In this document: positions 1 through 9,351 of the stretch, in pieces | Layout of the letters: each line of letters begins with the position of its first letter | How positions within the stretch are numbered: the first letter of the stretch is position 1 | Source: a virus | Virus record (IMG/VR): IMGVR_UViG_3300029171_000004 | Direction: 5' to 3' (one strand) | Length of the DNA stretch: 64,000 nucleotides | Position numbers and translations under genes: made by a program | The notes under the pieces: generated by a model | Told to the model about the DNA's origin: nothing | Databases searched by the model: none | Seen by the model: only the letters and a program-made list of their open reading frames with translations

Positions 1-20
1 ATATATATAAATTGGAAGGA

Positions 21-305
21 TCACAATAAATGTCTAAATTTTTCTATTTGAGATTCTTGGCCAAAGATAAGAGTTCTGTAAACAACATCAAGATCTTTTT
101 TATTCCAATAAACTCTAGCAATTAAACAGTTTTCATCAATAACATCTGGGGGATTGTTTTCTTCATCACACTTAACAGTTGTGCCAGGCAATTCTTTTTC
201 AAGATAGCTTTTTACATAGCTTCTTAATTTAGCGTTGTTGACAGGTATGTCGCCAAGCAGTTTAGTATTAAGCGTTTTATATGTATTTGTTATTTGTGAA
301 TTCAC
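21..305 (-). CDS. hypothetical phage protein
   Basis: 94 aa ORF, GTG start just downstream of a TATATTTG motif, co-oriented with neighbours. Confidence 0.6.
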   Translation of the reverse strand: MNSQITNTYKTLNTKLLGDIPVNNAKLRSYVKSYLEKELPGTTVKCDEENNPPDVIDENCLIARVYWNKKDLDVVYRTLIFGQESQIEKFRHLL

Positions 306-310
306 AACAA

Positions 311-318
311 CAAATATA
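311..318 (-). promoter_or_regulatory. Bacteroidetes-type -7 promoter element TATATTTG
   Basis: Matches TAnnTTTG consensus, 5 nt upstream of the ORF 21..305 start. Confidence 0.5.
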
Positions 319-326
319 CTATAAAT

Positions 327-581
327 TTAGATTAAATCAAAGACAATTTTAAAGTAAGAATATTTTTCATTAAACGAAATTGTCCTTCTTTTTATTGGGT
401 GCATACAGTGACCAGAAATGAGTTTGGCGCAAGTTTGATTCAACTTTTGCCAATTTGCGCCAGTGTTATATGGTATTTCAACTTCAACCGCACTGGTTGA
501 CTTATGAAGTATAAAACTTTTTATATCTGGGAATTCAGAATCAATTATAGATTCTAGTTTTTCAAGGTTTGTTTGGTCCAT
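327..581 (-). CDS. hypothetical phage protein
   Basis: 84 aa ORF in a tightly packed minus-strand run. Confidence 0.6.
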   Translation of the reverse strand: MDQTNLEKLESIIDSEFPDIKSFILHKSTSAVEVEIPYNTGANWQKLNQTCAKLISGHCMHPIKRRTISFNEKYSYFKIVFDLI

Positions 582-735
582 TTTTTTTATTTTTAGAATA
601 TGGACAATGTCTGCACGAGTTTGAGCAACAAAATCCCCTTTTTAATAAATAGTGCTCAGTAAAGACTTTGTATTTAATGCCGTCTTTTTCTTCATAATAG
701 AAGTCAACGTTTTCAATTAAGGTTCGATTGCTCAT
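562..735 (-). CDS. DUF5522-like small Cys-rich (Zn-binding) protein, absent from ORF track
   Basis: Translated by hand: MSNRTLIENVDFYYEEKDGIKYKVFTEHYLLKRGFCCSNSCRHCPYSKNKKNGPNKP (57 aa); DFY..VFTE.YLLKRGFCC..CRHCPY signature; fills the gap between flanking genes. Confidence 0.8.
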   Translation of the reverse strand: MSNRTLIENVDFYYEEKDGIKYKVFTEHYLLKRGFCCSNSCRHCPYSKNKKNGPNKP

Positions 736-1096
736 GTTCTAATACAAAATCATAAATATACATAAGTGGGTCCTTAGAAAGAACCATTTGAATTAAATGA
801 TATTCCCAAAATGGGATGGCAACATTTTCTCTGTTGGTTAAAATTCCAGACATTGGTTTTTGAAATTCTGAAAGATTAAGCGGAACTGCGTCTTCATCAA
901 AACCTTCAAAAGTAATAAGATCTTCTGAAAAAAATGCTTTTGCAAAATTGTGATCAAAAATTAGGCTAAAATAAAGATCTTGACCTTCTACAAGCCACAC
1001 TTCGGCTGGCGTTTCTGTAAAAACATCATCACTGATATTAAAACCATTTCTTTTGGCTATAGATAACGCTTTTATAAGTATTTCACCTCGTGTCAT
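713..1096 (-). CDS. hypothetical phage protein
   Basis: 127 aa ORF preceded by TATTTATA motif. Confidence 0.7.
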   Translation of the reverse strand: MTRGEILIKALSIAKRNGFNISDDVFTETPAEVWLVEGQDLYFSLIFDHNFAKAFFSEDLITFEGFDEDAVPLNLSEFQKPMSGILTNRENVAIPFWEYHLIQMVLSKDPLMYIYDFVLEHEQSNLN

Positions 1097-1179
1097 ACTT
1101 ATAAATATATGTTGATTTTTAAATTTTGGGCACTTTGTTTTATAAAACCCTACGAGCCAAGCTATGATTGATAAAAAAA

Positions 1180-1530
1180 TTATTCACTCCACTCAATCTC
1201 AGGATCAACGTAATATCCAGGGTTTTCATAACCATCAATAGCCTTGATTAGTTGGAGTTTGCCGTCTAAAGAACCATAAGTTTCTTTGCGCATTTTTTTT
1301 CTATTGTCTTGATTAAAACCATAACTCACAATTTGGCTTGGTACCATTTCATAAACAATCTCTATAAGCATCCCCTCAGATGTTTCTATTATCTTTGTGT
1401 CTCTGAGTTTTTTGCTGTATGTTGGCATATAAGAATATGTACCAGTTGTCGTTATTCCAGCAAGACCGCCGCTAGCGACACTTATGGATGTTCCAGTTAA
1501 ATTTGTTGAAGTTATGTAACTCATAAGCAT
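1180..1530 (-). CDS. hypothetical phage protein
   Basis: 116 aa ORF, TATTTATA motif at 1562-1569 upstream. Confidence 0.65.
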   Translation of the reverse strand: MLMSYITSTNLTGTSISVASGGLAGITTTGTYSYMPTYSKKLRDTKIIETSEGMLIEIVYEMVPSQIVSYGFNQDNRKKMRKETYGSLDGKLQLIKAIDGYENPGYYVDPEIEWSE

Positions 1531-1657
1531 TTTTTGTAAACATAAAAATAACTAACAAAATTATAAATAGAAATGTTTAAAAAATGTCTCCATTGCTGCA
1601 ATTTGGACCATTATTTGCTAAATTATAAAACTAATTATATATACAAAGTAGTTTAAA

Positions 1658-1921
1658 ATGACAGATATAGAAGAAAAAGTAAAATTTATTGTAGCCTGGT
1701 ACAACAAAGAAAAAACGAAGTTCACATTTACAAAACAAGTGGCTCTTGCCAATATTTGGATAGAGATTTGTACCAAAAATGAAGAATATGAAATGGCATC
1801 TGCAATAAACAAAGAAAAGATAAAAGTAATTGCTGGCTTTTTAAATGAAAAAAGGAAGAGTAGAACTTTATTGCAAAAAATAAAATATTATATCCTTAAA
1901 CTAAAAAGAAGATTTAAATAA
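1658..1921 (+). CDS. hypothetical protein (Lys-rich)
   Basis: 87 aa ORF, A-rich start context, followed by hairpin element and terminator. Confidence 0.65.
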   Translation: MTDIEEKVKFIVAWYNKEKTKFTFTKQVALANIWIEICTKNEEYEMASAINKEKIKVIAGFLNEKRKSRTLLQKIKYYILKLKRRFK

Positions 1922-1962
1922 AAAGGCCTCAAATGACCTTAATTACGCAAGTCTTAATTAAG
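1922..1962 (+). repeat. left copy of island-flanking inverted repeat / hairpin element
   Basis: aaaggcctca-aatga-ccttaattacgcaagtct-taattaag; 10/10 and 18/18 blocks match the reverse complement of 17144-17185. Confidence 0.85.
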
Positions 1963-1981
1963 CGAATTCTTGGGCTGAAAT

Positions 1982-2012
1982 AAAAAAGGGAGCTGATTCA
2001 GCTCCCTTTTTT
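1982..2012. terminator. bidirectional intrinsic terminator
   Basis: AAAAAAGGGAGCTGA-T-TCAGCTCCCTTTTTT perfect inverted repeat with A/T tails. Confidence 0.85.
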
Positions 2013-2051
2013 ATTTCATTGATTATCAGCAAATTTGGGTTAAAAATTGAA

Positions 2052-2873
2052 ATGGAAGATATTCAAACAAAATTGGTGAATTTCGATGACTTAGACCTGC
2101 CTGCTACAGTTTACAAGTACAGAAATTGGGACGACAAATGGCATAAGACCATTATCACCGATAGGCAGGTTTATATGTCCGCACCAATGGATTTTGAGGA
2201 TAAATTAGATTGCAAAAATCACATTAGATATGATCTTTTGACTGATGATGAAATCCGATGGAAATACTATATGGAATCTAAGATGGATTCGAGTCGTGCT
2301 CATCTTCCAGAAACGGAACATCAAAAATTTGCAGAAGAGTGGTTTCAAATTAGTCCACTCCACGATCAAGAAAAAATAAAAGAACTACAAGAACAGGATT
2401 TCATTGCTTTTAATGAGAGAACTGGGATTTTGTGTTTAACAGCAAATCCAATTAGACCTGAAATGTGGGCTAAATATAGTCAAGAACACACGGGCTTTTG
2501 TGTGGGCTTCAATCCGAATATCATGTTCAAGTATTTAGGTGGTGGACAAGAAGTAATATACTGTGATCCGCTCCCAACAATAAAACCAAGGCCATGGGAC
2601 AGCTTTGAGAGTCAAATGATTAAGCAAATTTATCACAAAGAAAATAAATGGGCATTTGAAGAGGAATACAGGACTCAAACATTTAATATTAACCCATTAA
2701 AGAAAGAGCAAAGGGTAGTAACTTTACCAATTGAAGCCTATAAGGAAATTATTTTTGGTGCTAGGATCTCTAACTCTGCACGAATGGAAATAATGGGCTT
2801 CGCAAAACAACTTCTTCCTCACGTGCAATATAAACAAGCAGAGATAGTCAACGATAAGATAATTCTTAAGTAA
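2052..2873 (+). CDS. DUF2971-family protein
   Basis: YKYR, MWAKYSQEHTGFCVGF and KENKWAFEEEYR motifs; ATG 2052 preferred over upstream TTG. Confidence 0.75.
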   Translation: MEDIQTKLVNFDDLDLPATVYKYRNWDDKWHKTIITDRQVYMSAPMDFEDKLDCKNHIRYDLLTDDEIRWKYYMESKMDSSRAHLPETEHQKFAEEWFQISPLHDQEKIKELQEQDFIAFNERTGILCLTANPIRPEMWAKYSQEHTGFCVGFNPNIMFKYLGGGQEVIYCDPLPTIKPRPWDSFESQMIKQIYHKENKWAFEEEYRTQTFNINPLKKEQRVVTLPIEAYKEIIFGARISNSARMEIMGFAKQLLPHVQYKQAEIVNDKIILK

Positions 2874-2965
2874 ATTGAGAATAGACTTTAACGTTTTTGT
2901 AGATCTCATTTTGAAGTTGAGAGGCATCAATAATTTGGAAATTCGATCCAATTTCGCTACATTTT

Positions 2966-4192
2966 ATGAAAAAAATAAATATGCGATCATTTAGTGAAAT
3001 ATCAAGTTTCGACTTTCCGAAACTCCATTACCAAAAAATTCAGGACGAAATAAATTCAAACAGTAAAGACTATATTCTTAAAGTTGATGAGGAAGAATTC
3101 GTGAAATACTTGGTAAACAAGTATTCGCTTGAACCTCTGAACATAATACACGAAAGCGAAAGTGTTAGTGAGCCAAAAAAGTCCAAGGTCAAAAGACAAA
3201 ATATGTGGAGAGAAGAGTACCTTGCGGATTCCTTTACATTCACAGTTAGTTATCAATTTACTGGCTCACCTGAAATATTCAAAATACGTTCAAGTAACTG
3301 GGTTATGACCTCGAATGAAATCTTCGTTAATAGTTCAAATTCAACTGTTAGTTTTCAGTTTACCATTTATGCTCAGGATGTAGAAGAATTTAATAAGGCC
3401 AAATCAGAAGGCTATTCAAGTGCATTTACTAATCTTACCAATGCAAATAACGATGTTCAACAAGTTATAAATGGTTTTGAAGGTACGGTTAGAGCAATGT
3501 TTCAAAGAACTAAGGATTCATTTAGTAAAGAAAATGCTTTCTACACTGCAGTAAATATTAAAACCAATCCGAAAACTGCATCTGTTTTCAGTGCCCCAAC
3601 AATTAAAAAAAAGGATGTGTTTCAACCAAAAGTATCGGAAAAAAAAGAGTTCGCAGCTGAACCAACAATGTCCCAATCAATGTATGAGGAGATCTTAAGA
3701 GCAGTCTACGACTGTGGTAAAAACATGGAGAAAAAACCGTCCTTGTATATAGGTAAAGATGAGGAGGGCCTACGTGATCAATTTGTTTTCGTGCTTGAAA
3801 CAAAATACGAAGGAACAACAGCTACAGGTGAGACATTTAATCGAAATGGCAAAACAGATATAATTCTTAAGTTTGCCAAGGATGGTTCAAATCTATTTGT
3901 TGCTGAATGCAAATTGTGGCATGGTCCAAGCGAAATGCTCAAAGCCATTGACCAACTTTTAAGCTATTTAACTTGGAGGGATTCAAAAGTTGCCTTAATG
4001 CTTTTTGTACATAATCAAAACTTTACAAGTGTCTTAGATACAATTAAAGCGGACATAACAAAACATGCTCAGTATAAAAAATCTGTCGGAAATAGAGGTG
4101 AAAGTTCCTTTTCATTTATTTTTGGATTGCCACAAGACACAAATAAAGATGTTCAATTAGAAATTATGGCTTTTCACTATGATAAAAGATGA
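2966..4192 (+). CDS. protein with C-terminal PD-(D/E)xK restriction-endonuclease-like domain
   Basis: EEGLRD...GKTDIIL...LFVAECKLW...IDQLLSYL pattern (E..D..ExK). Confidence 0.65.
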   Translation: MKKINMRSFSEISSFDFPKLHYQKIQDEINSNSKDYILKVDEEEFVKYLVNKYSLEPLNIIHESESVSEPKKSKVKRQNMWREEYLADSFTFTVSYQFTGSPEIFKIRSSNWVMTSNEIFVNSSNSTVSFQFTIYAQDVEEFNKAKSEGYSSAFTNLTNANNDVQQVINGFEGTVRAMFQRTKDSFSKENAFYTAVNIKTNPKTASVFSAPTIKKKDVFQPKVSEKKEFAAEPTMSQSMYEEILRAVYDCGKNMEKKPSLYIGKDEEGLRDQFVFVLETKYEGTTATGETFNRNGKTDIILKFAKDGSNLFVAECKLWHGPSEMLKAIDQLLSYLTWRDSKVALMLFVHNQNFTSVLDTIKADITKHAQYKKSVGNRGESSFSFIFGLPQDTNKDVQLEIMAFHYDKR

Positions 4193-4196
4193 TAGT

Positions 4197-4415
4197 TTAG
4201 AGAGCCATGATAAGCTTCTCAACCTCCACCTCTAATCCTTTCGCCACCTCAACAAGATAATAAAAGCTCGGATTCACCCCTCCAGCTTCAAGTCGCTGAA
4301 TTGACTGTTGATCTTTCCCAATAGAATTGGCCAGTTCGACTTGGGTAATACCTTTCTCCTTGCGGATTTCTTGGATTCGTTTGCCCAGTTTCTTTAAAAG
4401 TATTTCCTTTTTCAT
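4197..4415 (-). CDS. XRE/Cro-C1 HTH transcriptional regulator
   Basis: LGKRIQEIRKEKGITQVELA...IQRLEAGGVNPS; ATG 4415 preferred. Confidence 0.9.
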   Translation of the reverse strand: MKKEILLKKLGKRIQEIRKEKGITQVELANSIGKDQQSIQRLEAGGVNPSFYYLVEVAKGLEVEVEKLIMAL

Positions 4416-4537
4416 TGGTATCATAAAAGAACTGGAAACAACCGAAAAGTTGTACAACGGATTTGTTGTATTTTGGAATAATCATTATTTTCGTGTTTAA
4501 AATGAAAATTATGGGAACACTTATTAAAATAAACAAG

Positions 4538-4915
4538 ATGCACTACATCGTTGTCCTGGTCAGCTTTTTAATGAGTTGTACATCGGATAAAAGCTACTTA
4601 AGCGAGGGATTTTGGTCGTATGAATACGAAACTGAACCGCTAATCTCCAAGTATGGAAATTTCGAATTTGAAACAAATGGGACTTGTCATTACTATACAA
4701 CCAATCATCAAGTTGATGGTCGTTGGGAACTGGGGGAATACGATAAAGTTTCCGATATACAAATAGTCAAAATATCTATGGACTCAGATATTAATATGGG
4801 AACTGGAAAATCTTTTGAAATGAAATTAAATCGTGAAAACAAGGCCTGTCTTTATTTTTCAAGTGGCACTGGACGTTATTATCATTTCAACGACAATAGT
4901 AAACCAATAAAATAG
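4538..4915 (+). CDS. putative lipoprotein
   Basis: MHYIVVLVSFLMSC lipobox-like signal; start reassigned to ATG 4538. Confidence 0.6.
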   Translation: MHYIVVLVSFLMSCTSDKSYLSEGFWSYEYETEPLISKYGNFEFETNGTCHYYTTNHQVDGRWELGEYDKVSDIQIVKISMDSDINMGTGKSFEMKLNRENKACLYFSSGTGRYYHFNDNSKPIK

Positions 4916-4921
4916 CAGATT

Positions 4922-5677
4922 ATGAAAGCAGTGTTATTAATATTTGCAATTGCATTCAGCTCAATATGTAAAGGTCAAAACTTCAAAACAATTGAGGCAA
5001 CATATATTAAATCTGGTGAATGGGGCGAATGGTCAGGTCTTATTTTCAAAAATGATAAGGGGGAAGAAATGCGGTTCTTAAAAACGACAAATCAGGATGT
5101 GGGAATAAGACGTTTCTGGCAGGACAGAGAAGTAACAGCCGATCCAGAGGATGTATCTGGCCAAATACATACAAACAAGAATTGTGTTGGTCAAAAATAT
5201 CTTATAAGATATGTTACGAAGACCGTTCATTACAAGGGTATGGATGAAGATGGCTCACAAGATGTGCTTGAAAATGTGATTTTAACCTTTCAACCACTTG
5301 GAGGAGACAATATAAATGGGGCTTCGAGCTATATATATCAGAATGGCGAATTGAAAGCGATAACCTTTGATACAAAAGTTTATGAGATAGACGACAGAGG
5401 CAAAAAATACAATGAGAAAATTATACAGAACAAGAACGAAATTTGTCGTGGTAAAACATGTTACAGGATTGTTTTGGAGAAAGACGGTGTCTTTTATACG
5501 CTTGTATTACCAAACATTACCGATAAGAACATTAAGGGTAAAGCCGAAAAATATGAAATTCTGAAATGGGAAACTGATTATCAGGGCCAGGGGCAATATA
5601 AAAGTCGTGGCATTACATATTTTGGAGATAGATATTTATCCGTTTTAGCAACCCTTGCATTTTCTTGGTTTCAATAG
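4922..5677 (+). CDS. secreted protein of unknown function
   Basis: MKAVLLIFAIAFSSICKGQ signal peptide ending in Q, typical of Bacteroidetes. Confidence 0.65.
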   Translation: MKAVLLIFAIAFSSICKGQNFKTIEATYIKSGEWGEWSGLIFKNDKGEEMRFLKTTNQDVGIRRFWQDREVTADPEDVSGQIHTNKNCVGQKYLIRYVTKTVHYKGMDEDGSQDVLENVILTFQPLGGDNINGASSYIYQNGELKAITFDTKVYEIDDRGKKYNEKIIQNKNEICRGKTCYRIVLEKDGVFYTLVLPNITDKNIKGKAEKYEILKWETDYQGQGQYKSRGITYFGDRYLSVLATLAFSWFQ

Positions 5678-5704
5678 CTAATCAATGATTAACTGAGGAT
5701 TAAA

Positions 5705-7120
5705 TTACGAATTACTGTGTAAAATAAGGACTGGGTTTGATTTGTCAACTGGAATATTAAAAGACACAAAGATTTCATTAATTAACCAACGTCTCCCTAG
5801 CCAATTACCTCCTTTGACCTGAAATGAGTCACTTTCATCATATTTTCCTCTTCCATCAATATCATTACCGAAGCTGTTATATAGGTGATTTACGAGCTTT
5901 TCAACTTCGCTGTAGTAAACAAAGTTCGAGTAGTTTTTTGGCGTTCTCCTGAAAACATATGAATATCCTGAGTCTATAAAACGATATATAACAAGTTGAT
6001 TAAAAAAAGTAAATAGATTGCTAGATATGATCCATTCGTGTATTTCCCCCTGATTTTCTAATGAACAATATATACTTGTGCTTTCTACCTTACTTTCGTC
6101 AAAAACGATAGACTCTTCAAGTTCATTAAGTGCGGACTTAAAAGATAATCCTTCTAAATATACAAGCATCTCGGATACAGAATAAACCTTTGTGGGTATA
6201 TTCTCTATTTCATAAGCTACTTTTGCTTTCCCCGCAGTTTTTCTATCCTCTGTCACAAAAAAATCACAGTGCGCACCATAGAAAGCATGTTTTAGGTCAT
6301 TGAGATAGTTATTATATCCATTGTCCATACTATCGGACTTGTAGCCAATCATATCCAAATTGGAAAATGCCAATAAGAATTTATCCCAATTGGATTGTTC
6401 TTCAGGTTTTTTTGGTTGACTTGCAATAATTAAGTCATTAAACTCTAAAAAGGTTTTATTTAAAGCGCTATCCTGCATGACAGCGTCAAGCTTTTGGATA
6501 ACATCCTGATCAAATGAAGAAATATGGCTTCCAATATTAAGGTTCGAGATTACAAATTTTCTTAGCTCTTTATACGTGGACGGGTCTTTTTGCATTTCCG
6601 TAACAAAATTCAACATACTTATTATTGCTTCGCCGAATGTATCACCAGAGTACATTTTTGCCATTGGAGTGTTCTCAAGCCCTGGAACTTTTAGAGGATT
6701 TTGGACATTAAGTGCGTCAATCATCATCTTTCCCGCTAAGCCAAGTTCACCTGGTTCATTCTGAAGTTCTTTGAACACAGCCATAACATCTGTGGGTTCT
6801 TCCTTGATAGTGAAATTCTGAAAATAGACTCGTGGATCAGCAATGCCAGCCACAGCATTAGGATTTTTTAGTTCGGTTGTAATCAGATTGTGCTCTGAAA
6901 GTTCAGCGATGAACTCTAAGTCAGCCTCAGTCATTTCTCGTTTCTTTAAATCATCGGCATCATACCTATGAGCTAAGTCAGACATCAACGCATCTGAAAA
7001 GGGAATAATAAAATGTTCTTTATGTTGTCTCAACTTCTGCAGCATTGCAATATCCTCAGGTCTAGAGCCTTTTTTGAGAGCGGTAATTACATTTTTATCC
7101 AAGTAAATTCTAATCATCAA
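5705..7120 (-). CDS. PIN-like domain protein
   Basis: N-terminal IYLDKNVI and later NDLKHAFYGAHCDFFVTEDRK acidic motifs typical of PIN folds. Confidence 0.6.
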   Translation of the reverse strand: MMIRIYLDKNVITALKKGSRPEDIAMLQKLRQHKEHFIIPFSDALMSDLAHRYDADDLKKREMTEADLEFIAELSEHNLITTELKNPNAVAGIADPRVYFQNFTIKEEPTDVMAVFKELQNEPGELGLAGKMMIDALNVQNPLKVPGLENTPMAKMYSGDTFGEAIISMLNFVTEMQKDPSTYKELRKFVISNLNIGSHISSFDQDVIQKLDAVMQDSALNKTFLEFNDLIIASQPKKPEEQSNWDKFLLAFSNLDMIGYKSDSMDNGYNNYLNDLKHAFYGAHCDFFVTEDRKTAGKAKVAYEIENIPTKVYSVSEMLVYLEGLSFKSALNELEESIVFDESKVESTSIYCSLENQGEIHEWIISSNLFTFFNQLVIYRFIDSGYSYVFRRTPKNYSNFVYYSEVEKLVNHLYNSFGNDIDGRGKYDESDSFQVKGGNWLGRRWLINEIFVSFNIPVDKSNPVLILHSNS

Positions 7121-8550
7121 ATTTTAACAAATAACTCTTCATTAATCTCACATCTCAACTGATCCTCATAGTATTTTACATAATTAATAATACGACCATT
7201 ATAGCCAAGATGCTTTAAAAGAAGTTTGTTCACAAGCACATTTAATCGAAGAGAGATATGGTAAACCTTTAGCTCATCAATTTTATTACCTTCTTCATCA
7301 TTACCATTTCGACCATGTAGAAAATTATTTCTATTGTCAATGGCTACAAGGTCAAGGTCGTTTAGTTCAATTCCATACATTGCAAAGGGCTTTATTAGTT
7401 TATCTCTGTTTGTTGGATTGTTGATTTTGTCTATGTTTTTTTGAAGAATTACCATTGCGTCATTGTCGCCAGTAGCATTAATAGCATCTTTATAACCTTC
7501 TAGAACAGCCACCAGATCCGTCCTAAATTTTTTAGCAAGAGCCTTATCCTTGATTGGTTTTAAACCGTCATTTTCATCAGCAATAATGTTAGTCAGTCTT
7601 TCCAACGCAACAGAATATCCCGCTGGCTGAAGAATTAATGATGCTGTATTTGCTTCAAGTAGTAAAATAATTAATGAGGCGTAATTTTTGTCAGAATAAA
7701 TCCTATTGCAAAGTTTGGAAAACAGTTCTTGTGAAAGAGGCTTCATATCATCTTTCACTCTATCAGCCAAGGATTCGTCATCTGTCCGACCATAAGGTTC
7801 TCCATAAATTGGATTATTGAGTCCTTTAAGAGTATTCCTTAATTGGAGGTACTGGATGTCTCTCATAGAACTGAAGGAAGCTTCTTCTGATGATAGGTAA
7901 AATGCTTCATTTTGATAGAATGTTGCGCAGAGCAACCCGTACCCAATCATAATGGAATGACAAATATCACTAAACTCTTCATAAGGTATTTTAACTGTAG
8001 AATCTATAAAGAAATGCCTTTCGTCATCTTGGCTTACCTCATAGATATTGAAGTCTAAGCCCATTACAGTTACTGGAGCTTTACCATAAAAGTGGTGCAT
8101 TTTTTCGTCTTTGAATTCTTCGGTCTCTACGTAAAACTGAAGTCTGTTCGATTTTCCCACACATATAACAAAGCGACGGAACATGTGTTCCAAATTCTTG
8201 TGGACTTCTGAACACAGTAACCAAATATCACCACTTACAATCATCCCGCCTTTCAATGGTTCGGTTAAGTTTTTTCGGCTAGCCCTGAATTCTCTGCTGG
8301 TCATTGTGTAATTATTGCAATAGTATGTTTGATCACCGACCTCAAGCTTCATTTCAAATGGCACATAAAAACCCTGGAATAGATCCTTAACAATCAACTC
8401 AAAACCACGCTCGCATTTACGAAGCACCCCATCATGTTTTTCGATATTATATTTATCAATAGTGACAAGAACATTCTTTACCTCTCTTAGCCAACTAATT
8501 TTTTCAAAAGTCGACTGAACAATGATATTTTCTCCTTTATCCATATGCAA
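7117..8550 (-). CDS. HEPN-domain protein (ApeA-like)
   Basis: C-terminal RNNFLHG (RxxxxH) motif in helical domain after YSVALERL; long beta-rich N-terminus. Confidence 0.65.
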   Translation of the reverse strand: MHMDKGENIIVQSTFEKISWLREVKNVLVTIDKYNIEKHDGVLRKCERGFELIVKDLFQGFYVPFEMKLEVGDQTYYCNNYTMTSREFRASRKNLTEPLKGGMIVSGDIWLLCSEVHKNLEHMFRRFVICVGKSNRLQFYVETEEFKDEKMHHFYGKAPVTVMGLDFNIYEVSQDDERHFFIDSTVKIPYEEFSDICHSIMIGYGLLCATFYQNEAFYLSSEEASFSSMRDIQYLQLRNTLKGLNNPIYGEPYGRTDDESLADRVKDDMKPLSQELFSKLCNRIYSDKNYASLIILLLEANTASLILQPAGYSVALERLTNIIADENDGLKPIKDKALAKKFRTDLVAVLEGYKDAINATGDNDAMVILQKNIDKINNPTNRDKLIKPFAMYGIELNDLDLVAIDNRNNFLHGRNGNDEEGNKIDELKVYHISLRLNVLVNKLLLKHLGYNGRIINYVKYYEDQLRCEINEELFVKI

Positions 8551-8734
8551 GCAATATATATTTATTCTAGAAAAATGTAAATACTAAATTTAAAAAATAT
8601 AATTAAAAGGAATTTTCAACTAAGTTCCACTTATGCACTAACGACCAACAAATTAATGAGGGGTTGCTACAAAATATAGCTATCATTTGCTTTCAATTTT
8701 TGTATATTCGTTTTCTCTCACCCTAGATTAATTT

Positions 8735-9031
8735 ATGGAGAAAACTTACAATTTTGGTATTGACATTGTGTATTCTAAATGCAAAGCCGTTCTTGCTAAA
8801 CTTGAAATGAAAATCGAGTCAGTGAATAGAACAACAGGCACAATAAGAGCTTCCACCCCAACATCTCTTTTATCATGGGGTGAAGAAATCACTATTAAAT
8901 TAAAAAAAGTAAGTGAAACAAAAACAAAAGTTTATGTTACCTCTGAAGCAACATCGCAACTAATAAGCTGGGGGAAAAACGAAAATAATGTGTTATCTAT
9001 AATTGAAGAACTTTCAAAACGCCTTAAATGA
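8735..9031 (+). CDS. small hypothetical protein (alpha/beta, DUF1499-like fold possible)
   Basis: 98 aa ORF, TATATTCG element upstream, coupled to next gene by ATGA. Confidence 0.55.
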   Translation: MEKTYNFGIDIVYSKCKAVLAKLEMKIESVNRTTGTIRASTPTSLLSWGEEITIKLKKVSETKTKVYVTSEATSQLISWGKNENNVLSIIEELSKRLK

Positions 9032-9351
9032 AATTATATGTAAATAGTAAGGCAACTGGTAATAAAACTTACCTAAATGTGTACGCCCCAACAAGGAATA
9101 TTCTTAAGCAGAAGCTTGGGAACGAATGGCTAACGATTTATGATGGGTATGTTTATCATGTTTCTGAAGTTTTTGCCGAGGCTGAAATGGAAATACCGAA
9201 AACTGCTTCGGGGGCTGTTATTGGGGGGTTACTCGGATTGTTAGGTGGGCCACTTGGTTTATTATTGGGAGCTGGTTTAGGTGGTGTGATTGGTAATAGT
9301 TCTGACACAGATGAAGTACGAAAAACTAACCATTTTAATAATAGTAAATAA
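9028..9351 (+). CDS. glycine-zipper membrane protein
   Basis: GAVIGGLLGLLGGPLGLLLGAGLGGVIG repeat. Confidence 0.7.
   Translation: MKLYVNSKATGNKTYLNVYAPTRNILKQKLGNEWLTIYDGYVYHVSEVFAEAEMEIPKTASGAVIGGLLGLLGGPLGLLLGAGLGGVIGNSSDTDEVRKTNHFNNSK

Noticed and set aside
8551-8734. Integron attC-like site (GCACTAAC) in the island
   Set aside because: No matching inverse core and no repetition between other island genes
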